In this document: positions 46,132 to 58,142 of the stretch, piece after piece
Numbering within the stretch: position 1 is the first letter of the stretch
Layout: every line of letters starts with the position of its first letter
Origin: Escherichia phage vB_Eco_OMNI12
Strand: one strand, 5' to 3'
Sequence record: OL362041.1
Length of the DNA: 64,000 nucleotides
The notes under the pieces: generated by a model
Seen by the model: only the letters and a program-made list of their open reading frames with translations
What the model was told of the DNA's origin: nothing
Database searches by the model: none
Position numbers and translations under genes: made by a program

Positions 46132-47842
46132 TAACCTTAATTGGTTTGTTGGTGTTGTTGAAGATAGAATGGACCCATTAAAATTAGGTCGTGTTCGTGT
46201 TCGTGTGGTTGGTCTGCATCCACCTCAAAGAGCACAAGGCGATGTAATGGGTATTCCAACTGAAAAATTACCATGGATGTCAGTTATTCAACCTATAACT
46301 TCTGCAGCAATGTCTGGAATTGGAGGTTCTGTTACTGGACCGGTAGAAGGAACTAGAGTTTATGGTCATTTTTTAGACAAATGGAAAACTAACGGAATTG
46401 TCCTTGGCACGTATGGTGGAATAGTTCGCGAAAAACCGAATAGACTTGAAGGATTTTCTGACCCAACTGGGCAATATCCTAGACGTTTAGGAAATGATAC
46501 TAATGTATTAAACCAAGGCGGAGAAGTAGGATATGATTCGTCTTCTAACATTATCCAAGATAGTAACTTAGACACTGCAATAAATCCCGATGATAGACCA
46601 CTATCAGAGATTCCAACCGATGATAATCCAAATTTGTCAATGGCTGACATGCTTCGCCGTGATGAAGGATTAAGACTAAAAGTTTATTGGGATACTGAAG
46701 GATATCCGACAATTGGTATTGGTCATCTTATCATGAAGCAGCCAGTTCGTGATATGGCTCAAATTAATAAAGTTTTATCAAAACAAGTTGGTCGTGAAAT
46801 TACTGGAAACCCAGGTTCTATTACGATGGAAGAGGCGACGACTTTATTTGAACGTGATTTGGCTGATATGCAACGGGACATTAAATCACATTCTAAAGTA
46901 GGACCAGTCTGGCAAGCTGTCAACCGTTCTCGTCAAATGGCGTTAGAAAATATGGCATTTCAAATGGGTGTTGGCGGTGTAGCTAAATTTAACACAATGT
47001 TAACTGCTATGTTAGCCGGAGATTGGGAAAAAGCATATAAAGCCGGTCGTGATTCATTGTGGTATCAACAAACAAAAGGCCGTGCATCCCGTGTTACCAT
47101 GATTATTCTTACGGGGAATTTGGAATCATATGGTGTTGAAGTGAAAACCCCAGCTAGGTCTCTATCAGCAATGGCTGCTACTGTAGCTAAATCTTCTGAC
47201 CCGGCTGACCCTCCTATTCCAAATGACTCGAGAATTTTATTCAAAGAACCAGTTTCTTCATATAAAGGTGAATATCCTTATGTGCATACAATGGAAACTG
47301 AAAGCGGACATATTCAGGAATTTGATGATACTCCTGGGCAAGAACGATACAGATTAGTTCATCCGACTGGAACTTATGAAGAAGTATCACCGTCAGGAAG
47401 AAGAACAAGAAAAACTGTCGATAATTTGTATGATATAACCAACGCTGATGGTAATTTTTTGGTAGCCGGTGATAAAAAGACTAACGTCGGTGGATCAGAA
47501 ATTTATTACAACATGGATAATCGTCTTCACCAAATAGATGGAAGCAATACAATATTTGTACGTGGCGATGAAACTAAGACAGTTGAAGGCAATGGAACTA
47601 TCCTAGTTAAAGGTAATGTTACTATTGTAGTTGAAGGTAATGCTGACATTACAGTTAAAGGAGATGCTACCACTTTAGTTGAAGGAAATCAAACTAACAC
47701 AGTAAATGGAAATCTTTCTTGGAAAGTTGCTGGGACAGTTGATTGGGACGTTGGTGGTGATTGGACAGAAAAAATGGCATCTATGAGTTCTATTTCATCT
47801 GGTCAATACACAATTGATGGATCGAGGATTGACATTGGCTAA
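46115..47842 (+). CDS. 5: baseplate hub / tail lysozyme gp5
   Basis: 575 aa; lysozyme domain ADMLRRDEGLRLKVYWDTEGYPTIGIGHL; C-terminal VxGxxxxx beta-helix repeats. Confidence 0.95.
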   Translation: MEMISNNLNWFVGVVEDRMDPLKLGRVRVRVVGLHPPQRAQGDVMGIPTEKLPWMSVIQPITSAAMSGIGGSVTGPVEGTRVYGHFLDKWKTNGIVLGTYGGIVREKPNRLEGFSDPTGQYPRRLGNDTNVLNQGGEVGYDSSSNIIQDSNLDTAINPDDRPLSEIPTDDNPNLSMADMLRRDEGLRLKVYWDTEGYPTIGIGHLIMKQPVRDMAQINKVLSKQVGREITGNPGSITMEEATTLFERDLADMQRDIKSHSKVGPVWQAVNRSRQMALENMAFQMGVGGVAKFNTMLTAMLAGDWEKAYKAGRDSLWYQQTKGRASRVTMIILTGNLESYGVEVKTPARSLSAMAATVAKSSDPADPPIPNDSRILFKEPVSSYKGEYPYVHTMETESGHIQEFDDTPGQERYRLVHPTGTYEEVSPSGRRTRKTVDNLYDITNADGNFLVAGDKKTNVGGSEIYYNMDNRLHQIDGSNTIFVRGDETKTVEGNGTILVKGNVTIVVEGNADITVKGDATTLVEGNQTNTVNGNLSWKVAGTVDWDVGGDWTEKMASMSSISSGQYTIDGSRIDIG

Positions 47843-48371
47843 TATACTTCCAATGAGCGCTGATTTAGGAGAATCCATGGAAGGTTCTTCTATCGACGTC
47901 ACCTTTACCGCTCAATTAGAAACAGGTGAAACGTTAGTATCTATAAATATAACTAGTTACGAAGAAACTCCTGGGGTTTTAGTAGAAGAAAATCGCTTAT
48001 ACGGAACATATGAATCTGTGTTTGGATTTGGAAATGACGCGTTGAAATATCGTTTAGGCGATGAATTTAAAACTGCTGCTTCATGGGAAGAACTTCCTAC
48101 TGATTCTGATACTCAGTTGTATTTATGGAAAGCTCCTCAAAACCTCCAGAAGACATTCACTTACGAAGTAACATTAATATATGACTACCAAGAACAAAGT
48201 GAATCTGGAGGTTCTGGCAGTAATTCTAGGTCATCTTCTGATACTACTGAACCGACGGATCCTCCTGCTCCAGTAAGAAAAACTCTCGTTAAAAATTATA
48301 CTAAAACTATAGTTGGAAATTGGAGTCGTTGGGCTAATAAATTAAGAAGCTATGTGTATGAGAGGTCATAG
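47814..48371 (+). CDS. 5.1: gp5.1-like protein
   Basis: ORF track 185 aa; start may be Met at 47853. Confidence 0.55.
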
Positions 48372-48665
48372 ATGTCAGGATTAAGTTATGATAAGTGTGT
48401 TACTGCTGGCCATGAAGCATGGCCTCCAACAGTTGTGAATGCAACACAAAGTAAAGTATTCACTGGAGGAATTGCTGTTCTCGTAGCAGGTGATCCAATT
48501 ACAGAACATACAGAAATTAAAAAGCCATATGAAACACATGGCGGAGTGACACAACCCAGAACTTCTAAGGTATATGTCACTGGAAAGAAAGCTGTTCAAA
48601 TGGCTGATCCAATATCATGCGGTGATACTGTGGCTCAGGCATCATCTAAAGTATTCATTAAATAG
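48372..48665 (+). CDS. 5.4: PAAR-like spike tip protein gp5.4
   Basis: 97 aa as T4 gp5.4; directly follows gene 5 region. Confidence 0.7.
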
Positions 48666-48673
48666 GATTTAAA

Positions 48674-50656
48674 ATGGCAAATACCCCTGTAAATTATCAA
48701 TTAACAAGAACAGCAAATGCTATTCCCGAGATATTCGTCGGGGGTACGTTTGCTGAAATAAAACAAAACCTCATTGAATGGCTTAATGGCCAAAATGAAT
48801 TTTTGGATTATGATTTTGAAGGCTCAAGATTAAACGTTCTGTGTGACCTTTTGGCTTATAATACATTGTACATTCAGCAGTTTGGTAATGCTGCTGTGTA
48901 TGAAAGCTTTATGCGTACTGCTAACTTACGAAGTTCAGTTGTTCAAGCTGCACAAGATAACGGATATTTACCTACTTCAAAATCCGCTGCGCAGACCGAA
49001 ATTATGTTAACATGCACCGACGCATTGAATAGGAATTACATTACAATTCCTCGCGGAACTCGCTTTTTAGCATATGCAAAAGATACTTCTGTTAATCCAT
49101 ATAACTTCGTTTCTACCGAAGACGTTATTGCTATTCGTGATAAAAATAACCAATATTTTCCGCGTTTAAAATTGGCCCAGGGACGTATAGTAAGAACTGA
49201 AATCATTTATGATAAATTAACACCTATTATCATTTATGATAAAAATATTGATAGAAACCAGGTTAAATTATACGTTGATGGAGCAGAATGGATTAACTGG
49301 ACAAGAAAGTCAATGGTTCATGCTGGTTCTACATCGACAATTTACTACATGCGTGAAACTATTGATGGAAATACTGAATTCTATTTTGGTGAAGGTGAAA
49401 TTTCTGTTAATGCTTCTGAAGGAGCTTTGACTGCTAATTATATCGGAGGTCTTAAACCTACTCAGAACTCTACGATTGTTATTGAGTACATCAGTACTAA
49501 TGGTGCTGACGCGAACGGAGCAGTCGGATTTTCATACGCAGATACATTAACAAATATAACTGTCATCAATATTAATGAAAATCCAAACGATGACCCAGAT
49601 TTTGTTGGGGCAGATGGCGGCGGTGATCCAGAAGATATTGAGCGTATCCGCGAATTGGGTACTATTAAACGCGAAACCCAGCAACGCTGCGTAACTGCGA
49701 CTGACTATGATACATTCGTTTCAGAGAGATTTGGTTCTATTATTCAAGCAGTTCAGACTTTCACTGATTCTACTAAACCTGGTTATGCATTTATTGCTGC
49801 TAAACCTAAATCAGGTCTGTATTTAACTACTGTACAGCGTGAAGATATTAAAAATTATCTCAAAGACTATAATTTAGCTCCTATTACGCCATCAATTATT
49901 TCTCCTAATTACCTTTTTATTAAGACTAATTTAAAAGTCACATATGCTTTAAATAAACTACAAGAATCCGAGCAGTGGCTTGAAGGTCAAATAATTGATA
50001 AAATTGATCGCTATTATACCGAAGATGTAGAAATTTTTAACTCGTCTTTCGCTAAATCTAAGATGTTAACTTATGTAGATGATGCAGATCATTCTGTCAT
50101 TGGTTCATCAGCGACTATTCAAATGGTTCGTGAAGTACAAAACTTCTATAAAACACCTGAAGCAGGTATTAAATACAATAATCAAATAAAAGATCGTTCT
50201 ATGGAATCTAATACGTTTTCATTTAATTCTGGACGAAAGGTTGTAAATCCTGATACTGGTTTAGAAGAAGATGTATTATATGATGTTCGTATAGTATCAA
50301 CAGACCGAGATTCTAAAGGAATTGGTAAAGTTATTATTGGTCCATTTGCTTCTGGCGATGTTACAGAAAATGAAAACATTCAGCCATATACAGGCAATGA
50401 TTTTAATAAATTAGCAAATTCTGATGGACGCGACAAATACTATGTTATCGGTGAAATAAATTATCCGGCTGACATGATTTATTGGAATATCGCTAAAATT
50501 AATTTAACATCTGAAAAATTTGAGGTTCAGACTATTGAATTATATTCTGACCCAACCGATGATGTTATCTTTACCCGTGATGGTTCACTGATTGTATTTG
50601 AAAATGATTTACGTCCGCAATACTTAACTATCGATTTGGAGCCTATATCACAATGA
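48674..50656 (+). CDS. 6: baseplate wedge protein gp6
   Basis: 660 aa; length and order equal T4 gp6. Confidence 0.85.
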   Translation: MANTPVNYQLTRTANAIPEIFVGGTFAEIKQNLIEWLNGQNEFLDYDFEGSRLNVLCDLLAYNTLYIQQFGNAAVYESFMRTANLRSSVVQAAQDNGYLPTSKSAAQTEIMLTCTDALNRNYITIPRGTRFLAYAKDTSVNPYNFVSTEDVIAIRDKNNQYFPRLKLAQGRIVRTEIIYDKLTPIIIYDKNIDRNQVKLYVDGAEWINWTRKSMVHAGSTSTIYYMRETIDGNTEFYFGEGEISVNASEGALTANYIGGLKPTQNSTIVIEYISTNGADANGAVGFSYADTLTNITVININENPNDDPDFVGADGGGDPEDIERIRELGTIKRETQQRCVTATDYDTFVSERFGSIIQAVQTFTDSTKPGYAFIAAKPKSGLYLTTVQREDIKNYLKDYNLAPITPSIISPNYLFIKTNLKVTYALNKLQESEQWLEGQIIDKIDRYYTEDVEIFNSSFAKSKMLTYVDDADHSVIGSSATIQMVREVQNFYKTPEAGIKYNNQIKDRSMESNTFSFNSGRKVVNPDTGLEEDVLYDVRIVSTDRDSKGIGKVIIGPFASGDVTENENIQPYTGNDFNKLANSDGRDKYYVIGEINYPADMIYWNIAKINLTSEKFEVQTIELYSDPTDDVIFTRDGSLIVFENDLRPQYLTIDLEPISQ

Positions 50657-53600
50657 CAGTAAAAGCACCTTCAGTCACTAGTCTCAGAATTTCCAAGTTA
50701 TCCGCAAATCAGGTGCAAGTACGCTGGGATGACGTTGGTGCTAATTTCTACTATTTTGTAGAAATCGCTGAGACAAAAACAGACTCGGGGGAAAATCTCC
50801 CGAGTGATCAATATCGTTGGATTAATTTAGGATATACAGCAAACAATAGTTTCTTTTTTGATGATGCTGATCCACTAACATCATACATCATTAGAGTAGC
50901 TACAGCTGCGCAAGATTTTGAGCAGTCTGATTGGATTTATACCGAAGAGTTTGAAACTTTTGCTACAAATGCTTATACATTTCAAAACATGATTGAAATG
51001 CAATTAGCCAATAAATTCATTCAGGAAAAATTTACTCTTAATAATTCTGATTATGTTAATTTTAACAATGACACTATAATGGCTGCATTGATGAATGAAT
51101 CATTTCAATTCAGCCCATCGTATGTTGATGTTTCATCAATAAGTAATTTTATTATTGGTGAAAATGAGTATCATGAAATACAAGGTTCTATTCAGCAAGT
51201 ATGTAAGGATATTAACCGAGTTTATTTGATGGAATCAGAAGGAATTCTATATCTTTTTGAGCGCTATCAACCTGTAGTTAAAGTATCCAATGATAAAGGA
51301 CAAACCTGGAAAGCTGTAAAGCTCTTCAATGACCGTGTAGGATATCCTTTATCTAAGACAGTATATTACCAATCTGCGAACACAACATACGTTCTAGGAT
51401 ACGACAAGATTTTCTACGGCCGTAAATCTACTGATGTTAGATGGTCAGCAGATGATGTCAGATTTAGTTCGCAGGATATAACATTTGCTAAACTTGGTGA
51501 CCAATTGCATCTAGGATTTGATGTAGAAATTTTTGCCACTTATGCGACTTTACCAGCGAATGTATACCGCATTGCAGAAGCTATTACTTGCACCGATGAT
51601 TACATTTACGTTGTCGCCAGAGATAAAGTTAGATACATAAAAACGAGTAATGCACCTATAGATTCTGATCCATTATCTCCAACATATTCGGAAAGACTTT
51701 TTGAACCTGATACAATGACTATAACTGGAAATCCTAAAGCAGTATGCTATAAAATGGATTCTATTGGTGATAAAGTTTTTGCTCTTATTATCGGTGAAGT
51801 TGAAACATTAAATGCTAATCCTAGAACGTCAAAAATAATTGATTCTGCTGATAAAGGAATATATGTTTTAAATCATGACACAAAAACGTGGAAAAGAGTT
51901 TTTGGCAACACTGAAGAAGAAAGAAGACGTATTCAACCTGGATACGCAAACATGTCAACTGACGGTAAATTAGTTTCTCTGTCTTCGAGTAATTTTAAAT
52001 TTTTAAATGATAACGTTGTTAATGACCCTGAAACTATGGTGAAATATCAGTTAATCGGTGCCGTTAAATATGAATTTCCTCGTGAATGGTTAGCTGATAA
52101 GCATTATCATATGATGGCATTTATAGCAGATGAAAAGTCTGATTGGGAAACTTTTACGCCTCAGCCAATGAAATACTATGCAGAACCGTTCTTTAACTGG
52201 TCTAAAAAGTCTAATACACGGTGCTGGATAAACAACTCTAATAGGGCTGTGGTAGTTTATGCTGATTTAAAATACACTAAAGTTATTGAAAATTTTCCAG
52301 AAACATCGCCAGATAGATTAGTTCATGAATACTGGGATGATGGTGATTGTACGATAGTAATGCCAAATGTTAAATTCACGGGATTTAAAAAATATGCGTC
52401 TGGGATGCTTTTTTATAAATCTTCTGGTGAAATAATTTCTTACTATGATTTTAACTATCGTGTGAGAGATACAGTAGAAATTATTTGGAAGCCGACTGGA
52501 GTATTTTTAAAAGCATTTTTACAAAACCAAGAGCATGAGACTCCTTGGTCACCAGAAGAAGAGCATGGATTAGCTGATCCTGATTTAAGACCATTAATTG
52601 GCACAATGATGCCTGATTCTTATTTGTTGCAGGATTCGAATTTTGAGGCATTTTGCGAAGCATATATTCAGTATCTTTCTGATGGATATGGAACTCAGTA
52701 TAACAATTTACGAAATTTAATTCGTAACCAATATCCACGAGAAGAGCATGCGTGGGAATATTTGTGGTCAGAGATATATAAAAGAAACATTTATTTAAAT
52801 GCTGATAAACGTGATGCTGTTGCGAGATTCTTTGAATCACGTAGCTATGATTTTTATTCTACTAAAGGAATTGAAGCATCATACAAGTTTCTTTTTAAAG
52901 TTCTTTATAATGAAGAAGTTGAAATTGAAATTGAATCTGGGGCCGGTACTGAATATGACATAATCGTTCAATCTGATTCTTTGACTGAAGATTTAGTAGG
53001 ACAAACGATTTATACAGCCACAGGAAGATGTAATGTTACTTATATAGAAAGAAGTTATTCTAATGGTAAATTGCAATGGACCGTAACTATTCATAATCTT
53101 TTGGGAAGATTAATTGCTGGTCAAGAAGTTAAAGCAGAAAGACTCCCTAGTTTTGAAGGCGAAATTATTCGTGGAGTTAAAGGAAAGGATTTGCTTCAAA
53201 ACAATATAGACTATATTAATAGAAGTAGATCATACTATGTAATGAAAATTAAATCCAATTTACCTTCTTCCCGCTGGAAATCTGACGTTATTCGTTTTGT
53301 TCATCCAGTAGGATTTGGATTTATAGCAATTACCCTTTTAACGATGTTTATTAATGTTGGTTTAACTCTTAAACACACAGAGACAATAATTAATAAATAT
53401 AAAAACTATAAATGGGATTCTGGATTGCCTACTGAATATGCTGATAGAGTAGCTAAATTAACTCCAACCGGTGAAATTGAGCATGATTCAGTAACAGGCG
53501 AAGCAATTTATGAGCCTGGCCCAATGGCTGGTGTAGAATATCCTCTTCCTGATGACTATAATGCTGAAAATAATAATTCAATATTTCAAGGTCAATTGCC

Positions 53601-53751
53601 GTCTGAACGACGTAAATTAATGAGTCCTTTATTTGATGCATCTGGAACAACATTTGCGCAATTTAGAGATTTAGTTAATAAACGTCTAAAAGATAATATA
53701 GGAAATCCAAGAGACCCTGAAAATCCAACACAGGTTAAAATAGATGAATGA
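50653..53751 (+). CDS. 7: baseplate wedge protein gp7
   Basis: 1032 aa; length and order equal T4 gp7. Confidence 0.85.
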   Translation: MTVKAPSVTSLRISKLSANQVQVRWDDVGANFYYFVEIAETKTDSGENLPSDQYRWINLGYTANNSFFFDDADPLTSYIIRVATAAQDFEQSDWIYTEEFETFATNAYTFQNMIEMQLANKFIQEKFTLNNSDYVNFNNDTIMAALMNESFQFSPSYVDVSSISNFIIGENEYHEIQGSIQQVCKDINRVYLMESEGILYLFERYQPVVKVSNDKGQTWKAVKLFNDRVGYPLSKTVYYQSANTTYVLGYDKIFYGRKSTDVRWSADDVRFSSQDITFAKLGDQLHLGFDVEIFATYATLPANVYRIAEAITCTDDYIYVVARDKVRYIKTSNAPIDSDPLSPTYSERLFEPDTMTITGNPKAVCYKMDSIGDKVFALIIGEVETLNANPRTSKIIDSADKGIYVLNHDTKTWKRVFGNTEEERRRIQPGYANMSTDGKLVSLSSSNFKFLNDNVVNDPETMVKYQLIGAVKYEFPREWLADKHYHMMAFIADEKSDWETFTPQPMKYYAEPFFNWSKKSNTRCWINNSNRAVVVYADLKYTKVIENFPETSPDRLVHEYWDDGDCTIVMPNVKFTGFKKYASGMLFYKSSGEIISYYDFNYRVRDTVEIIWKPTGVFLKAFLQNQEHETPWSPEEEHGLADPDLRPLIGTMMPDSYLLQDSNFEAFCEAYIQYLSDGYGTQYNNLRNLIRNQYPREEHAWEYLWSEIYKRNIYLNADKRDAVARFFESRSYDFYSTKGIEASYKFLFKVLYNEEVEIEIESGAGTEYDIIVQSDSLTEDLVGQTIYTATGRCNVTYIERSYSNGKLQWTVTIHNLLGRLIAGQEVKAERLPSFEGEIIRGVKGKDLLQNNIDYINRSRSYYVMKIKSNLPSSRWKSDVIRFVHPVGFGFIAITLLTMFINVGLTLKHTETIINKYKNYKWDSGLPTEYADRVAKLTPTGEIEHDSVTGEAIYEPGPMAGVEYPLPDDYNAENNNSIFQGQLPSERRKLMSPLFDASGTTFAQFRDLVNKRLKDNIGNPRDPENPTQVKIDE

Positions 53752-54748
53752 TTCAAGTGTTATCTATCGTGCGATAGTTACTTCAAAATTTAGAACAGAA
53801 AAAATGTTGAATTTTTATAATTCAATTGGAAGTGGTCCGGATAAAAACACTATCTTTATCACATTTGGAAGATCAGAACCGTGGTCATCAAATGAAAATG
53901 AGGTGGGCTTTGCCCCACCTTATCCAACCGATTCTGTATTAGGCGTAACTGACATGTGGACGCATATGATGGGAACAGTAAAGGTTCTTCCATCAATGCT
54001 TGACGCAGTTATTCCTCGTCGAGATTGGGGAGATACTAGATATCCGGATCCATACACATTTAGAATTAACGATATTGTAGTGTGTAACTCAGCTCCTTAC
54101 AACGCTACTGAATCAGGCGCAGGCTGGTTAGTATATCGTTGTTTAGATGTTCCTGATACTGGAATGTGTTCAATCGCATCTTTAACTGATAAGGATGAAT
54201 GCCTTAAATTAGGCGGAAAATGGACACCTTCTGTTAGGTCAATGACTCCTCCTGAAGGTCGAGGAGATGCTGAAGGAACAATTGAACCTGGGGACGGGTA
54301 TGTATGGGAATATCTTTTTGAGATTCCACCCGATGTATCTATAAATAGATGCACGAATGAATATATTGTGGTTCCTTGGCCTGAGGAATTAAAAGAAGAC
54401 CCGACTAGATGGGGATATGAAGATAATCTCACTTGGCAACAAGATGATTTTGGATTAATTTACCGGGTTAAGGCAAATACTATCCGTTTTAAAGCATATT
54501 TAGATTCAGTTTATTTTCCTGATGCTGCATTGCCAGGAAATAAAGGATTTAGACAAATATCAATAATCACGAATCCTCTTGAAGCTAAAGCTCATCCAAA
54601 TGACCCAAACGTTAAAGCTGAAAAGGATTATTATGACCCAGAAGATTTAATGAGGCATTCGGGCGAAATGATTTATATGGAAAATAGGCCACCTATTATT
54701 ATGGCAATGGATCAAACAGAAGAAATCAATATTCTGTTTACATTTTAA
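53744..54748 (+). CDS. 8: baseplate wedge protein gp8
   Basis: 334 aa; length and order equal T4 gp8. Confidence 0.85.
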   Translation: MNDSSVIYRAIVTSKFRTEKMLNFYNSIGSGPDKNTIFITFGRSEPWSSNENEVGFAPPYPTDSVLGVTDMWTHMMGTVKVLPSMLDAVIPRRDWGDTRYPDPYTFRINDIVVCNSAPYNATESGAGWLVYRCLDVPDTGMCSIASLTDKDECLKLGGKWTPSVRSMTPPEGRGDAEGTIEPGDGYVWEYLFEIPPDVSINRCTNEYIVVPWPEELKEDPTRWGYEDNLTWQQDDFGLIYRVKANTIRFKAYLDSVYFPDAALPGNKGFRQISIITNPLEAKAHPNDPNVKAEKDYYDPEDLMRHSGEMIYMENRPPIIMAMDQTEEINILFTF

Positions 54749-54753
54749 ATTAA

Positions 54754-54780
54754 GGGAGCCCATGGGCTCCCTTTTTCTTT
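54754..54780 (+). terminator. rho-independent terminator after gene 8
   Basis: GGGAGCCC-AUGG-GCUCCC followed by UUUUUCUUU. Confidence 0.75.
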
Positions 54781-54787
54781 ATAAATA
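54780..54787 (+). promoter_or_regulatory. late promoter (TATAAATA) for gene 9
   Basis: TATAAATA 24 nt upstream of ATG 54812. Confidence 0.65.
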
Positions 54788-54811
54788 CTATAAACTCATA
54801 AGGAAACCGCT

Positions 54812-55678
54812 ATGTTCATTCAAGAACCAAAGAAATTGATTGATACCGGCGAAATTGGTAACGCTTCTACTGGTGATATCTTATTCGACGGTGGTAATAA
54901 AATTAATAGTGATTTTAACGCAATTTATAATGCGTTTGGCGATCAGCGTAAAATGGCAGTAGCAAATGGCACTGGAGCAGATGGTCAAATTATCCATGCT
55001 ACTGGGTATTATCAAAAACACTCTATTACAGAGTACGCAACTCCAGTGAAAGTTGGCACTAGACATGATATTGATACCTCTACTGTAGGTGTTAAAGTTA
55101 TTATTGAAAGAGGCGAACTCGGCGATTGTGTTGAATTCATTAACTCTAATGGATCAATATCAGTTACTAATCCTTTAACAATTCAAGCTATTGATTCAAT
55201 TAAAGGTGTTTCAGGTAATTTAGTAGTAACTAGCCCATATAGTAAAGTAACTTTACGCTGTATTTCATCTGATAATTCTACATCGGTTTGGAATTATTCT
55301 ATTGAAAGTATGTTTGGACAAAAGGAATCACCAGCTGAAGGTACATGGAATATTTCTACATCCGGATCAGTTGATATTCCACTATTTCATCGCACTGAAT
55401 ACAATATGGCTAAATTGTTAGTTACGTGCCAATCGGTAGATGGAAGAAAAATTAAAACGGCAGAAATAAATATTCTTGTAGATGCTGTTAATTCAGAAGT
55501 CATTTCTTCTGAATATGCTGTCATGCGGGTTGGAAATGAAACAGAAGAAGACGAAATCGCTAATATTGCATTTAGTATTAAAGAAAATTATGTAACGGCA
55601 ACTATAAGTTCTTCAACTGTCGGTATGAGAGCAGCAGTTAAAGTTATCGCTACGCAGAAAATCGGGGTGGCTCAATAA
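54812..55678 (+). CDS. 9: baseplate wedge / long-tail-fibre socket gp9
   Basis: 288 aa; length and order equal T4 gp9. Confidence 0.85.
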   Translation: MFIQEPKKLIDTGEIGNASTGDILFDGGNKINSDFNAIYNAFGDQRKMAVANGTGADGQIIHATGYYQKHSITEYATPVKVGTRHDIDTSTVGVKVIIERGELGDCVEFINSNGSISVTNPLTIQAIDSIKGVSGNLVVTSPYSKVTLRCISSDNSTSVWNYSIESMFGQKESPAEGTWNISTSGSVDIPLFHRTEYNMAKLLVTCQSVDGRKIKTAEINILVDAVNSEVISSEYAVMRVGNETEEDEIANIAFSIKENYVTATISSSTVGMRAAVKVIATQKIGVAQ

Positions 55679-57483
55679 TGAAACAAAATATTAATATCGG
55701 TAATGTTGTAGATGATGGTACCGGTGACTACCTGCGTAAAGGTGGTATAAAAATAAATGAAAACTTTGATGAACTTTATTATGAACTTGGCGATGGAGAT
55801 GTTCCATATTCAGCCGGTGCCTGGAAAACTTATAATGCTTCATCCGGTCAAACATTAAAAGCTAAGTGGGGAAAATCATACGCTATTAATACCTCTTCTG
55901 GAAGAGTAACTTTACAACTTCCTAAAGGAACTGTTAATGATTATAATAAAGTAATTAGAGCTAGGGATGTATTTGCAACATGGAACATTAATCCAGTTAC
56001 TTTAGTAGCTGCTTCTGGGGATACAATTAAAGGGTCGTCATCGTCAGTTGAAATTAATATTCAATTTAGTGATTTAGAGCTCGTTTATTGCGCTCCAGGA
56101 CGTTGGGAGTATGTCAAAAACAAACAAATTGATAAAATTATTAGTTCAGATATTAGTAATGTAGCTCGCAAAGAATTTTTAGTAGAAGTTCAAGGACAAA
56201 CTGACTTTTTAGATGTTTTCCGCGGAACTAGCTATAATGTTAATAACATCCGAGTAAAACACCGTGGTAATGAATTATATTACGGCGATGTATTTAGTGA
56301 AAACAGTGACTTTGGCTCTCCCGGAGAAAATGAAGGAGAATTGATTCCTCTTGATGGATTTAATATTAGGTTAAGACAGCCTTGTAATATTGGTGACACT
56401 GTTCAAATTGAAACATTTATGGATGGTGTATCACAATGGAGAAGTTCATATACAAGACGCCAAATAAAAGTATTAGATTCAAAACTAACGTCAAAAACGT
56501 CTTTAGAAGGAAGTATTTACGTTACTGATTTATCAACAATGAAATCAATTCCATTTTCTGCATTTGGATTAATTCCTGGAGAACCTATTAATCCTAATTC
56601 TCTTGAAGTTCGTTTTAATGGAATTTTACAACAACAAGCTGGAACAGCAGGATATCCTCTGTTTTTGTGTGAAGGTGCTAACTCAGATACGCAAGCAGGA
56701 TGTATATCTCTTGGTGGTGAATGGAAAGAATCGAACACAGATTATTCTATAGAATATGAAGATGGAAAACCTGTCAGTCTTTTATTTGATAGAAAATTTG
56801 AATCAGGTGATATAATCGTTATAACATGGTTTAATAATGATTTAGGAACTCTTTTAGAAAAAGATGACATTATTGAATTAACTGATGACCGTTATGTTAG
56901 TAAAGGATCATCTACTGAAGTTACTGGGGATGTAGCCTTAACAGATTTTGATAAAATCGGTTGGCCAAATGTTGAAAAAGTTGATTCTTATACTAGAACG
57001 TATAATTCAATATCATCTATTTTCGACAGCATTTATCCTGTTGGTTCAATTTATGAAAATGCTATAAATCCAAATAATCCGGTGACTTATATGGGATTTG
57101 GTTCATGGAAATTATTTGGTAAAGGACAAGTTTTAGTAGGATGGAATGATGATGTTACGGATCCAAACTTTGCTTTAAACAATAATGATTTAGATTCTAG
57201 CGGAAATCCTTCACATACTGCCGGTGGAACAGTTGGAACAACATCGGTGACACTTGAGAACGCAAATCTTCCTGCGACTAAAACTGATGAAAAAGTTTTA
57301 ATTGAAGATGAAAACGGATCAGTTATTATTGGAGGTTGTCAATATGACCCAGACGAAACTGGTCCTATATATACAAAATATCGTGAAGACTACGCAACAA
57401 CAAACTCTTCACATACTCCTCCTACTAATATTAGTAATATTCAACCGTCTATTACTGTATACCGTTGGATAAGGATTGCATAA
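55678..57483 (+). CDS. 10: baseplate wedge protein gp10
   Basis: 601 aa (T4 gp10 602). Confidence 0.85.
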   Translation: MKQNINIGNVVDDGTGDYLRKGGIKINENFDELYYELGDGDVPYSAGAWKTYNASSGQTLKAKWGKSYAINTSSGRVTLQLPKGTVNDYNKVIRARDVFATWNINPVTLVAASGDTIKGSSSSVEINIQFSDLELVYCAPGRWEYVKNKQIDKIISSDISNVARKEFLVEVQGQTDFLDVFRGTSYNVNNIRVKHRGNELYYGDVFSENSDFGSPGENEGELIPLDGFNIRLRQPCNIGDTVQIETFMDGVSQWRSSYTRRQIKVLDSKLTSKTSLEGSIYVTDLSTMKSIPFSAFGLIPGEPINPNSLEVRFNGILQQQAGTAGYPLFLCEGANSDTQAGCISLGGEWKESNTDYSIEYEDGKPVSLLFDRKFESGDIIVITWFNNDLGTLLEKDDIIELTDDRYVSKGSSTEVTGDVALTDFDKIGWPNVEKVDSYTRTYNSISSIFDSIYPVGSIYENAINPNNPVTYMGFGSWKLFGKGQVLVGWNDDVTDPNFALNNNDLDSSGNPSHTAGGTVGTTSVTLENANLPATKTDEKVLIEDENGSVIIGGCQYDPDETGPIYTKYREDYATTNSSHTPPTNISNIQPSITVYRWIRIA

Positions 57484-58142
57484 TGAGTTTACTTAATAAT
57501 AAAGCGGGAGTTATTTCCCGCTTAGCAGATTTTCTTGGTTTTAGAACTAAGAAAAATGATATTTCGGTTATGAATAATCAGCCAGTAGGCGCTGTAACAA
57601 TTTCACAAATAGCAAAAGGTTTTTATGACCCGAATGTAGAATCTGCTATCAATGATGTTAGAAATATGGCAGAGCAACCGGTTGGAGCTGTATTAGTTAA
57701 TATAAGCGGCGTATCTCCTACTGGCGTGCAACAAACCGACTATTGGTCATTTGAAGGAACTGTTACTGATACTTCAGTCAAATCAGGTGACCCAGTTATT
57801 GTTAACATGTTTGGTATTCCAGTTAAAGCTACTAATGGAATGACTTCAATTGAATTTACTAGTGCTGTTAGAACAGCTCTACAGGAAATGGTTGTAAAAT
57901 TTATTGCAATTGATTCATTTGAAGACCATCCTACTATAGGGAATAAAATACAAGTTAAGTATTTAGATAACCAAGAACATATCTTAGAGCAATACTCTGA
58001 TAAAGGAATTACTTTCAAACAAGAAATAATTTCTCCTTCTAAACCCGGGTATGGAACTTGGCAATTATTAGGTGCGCAAACTGTTACGCTAGATAGTCAT
58101 ACACAACCTACAGTATTTTATTATTTTGAGAGAATAGCATGA
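57483..58142 (+). CDS. 11: baseplate wedge / short-tail-fibre connector gp11
   Basis: ORF track starts upstream; ATG at 57483 overlapping gp10 stop gives 219 aa as in T4. Confidence 0.8.
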   Translation: MSLLNNKAGVISRLADFLGFRTKKNDISVMNNQPVGAVTISQIAKGFYDPNVESAINDVRNMAEQPVGAVLVNISGVSPTGVQQTDYWSFEGTVTDTSVKSGDPVIVNMFGIPVKATNGMTSIEFTSAVRTALQEMVVKFIAIDSFEDHPTIGNKIQVKYLDNQEHILEQYSDKGITFKQEIISPSKPGYGTWQLLGAQTVTLDSHTQPTVFYYFERIA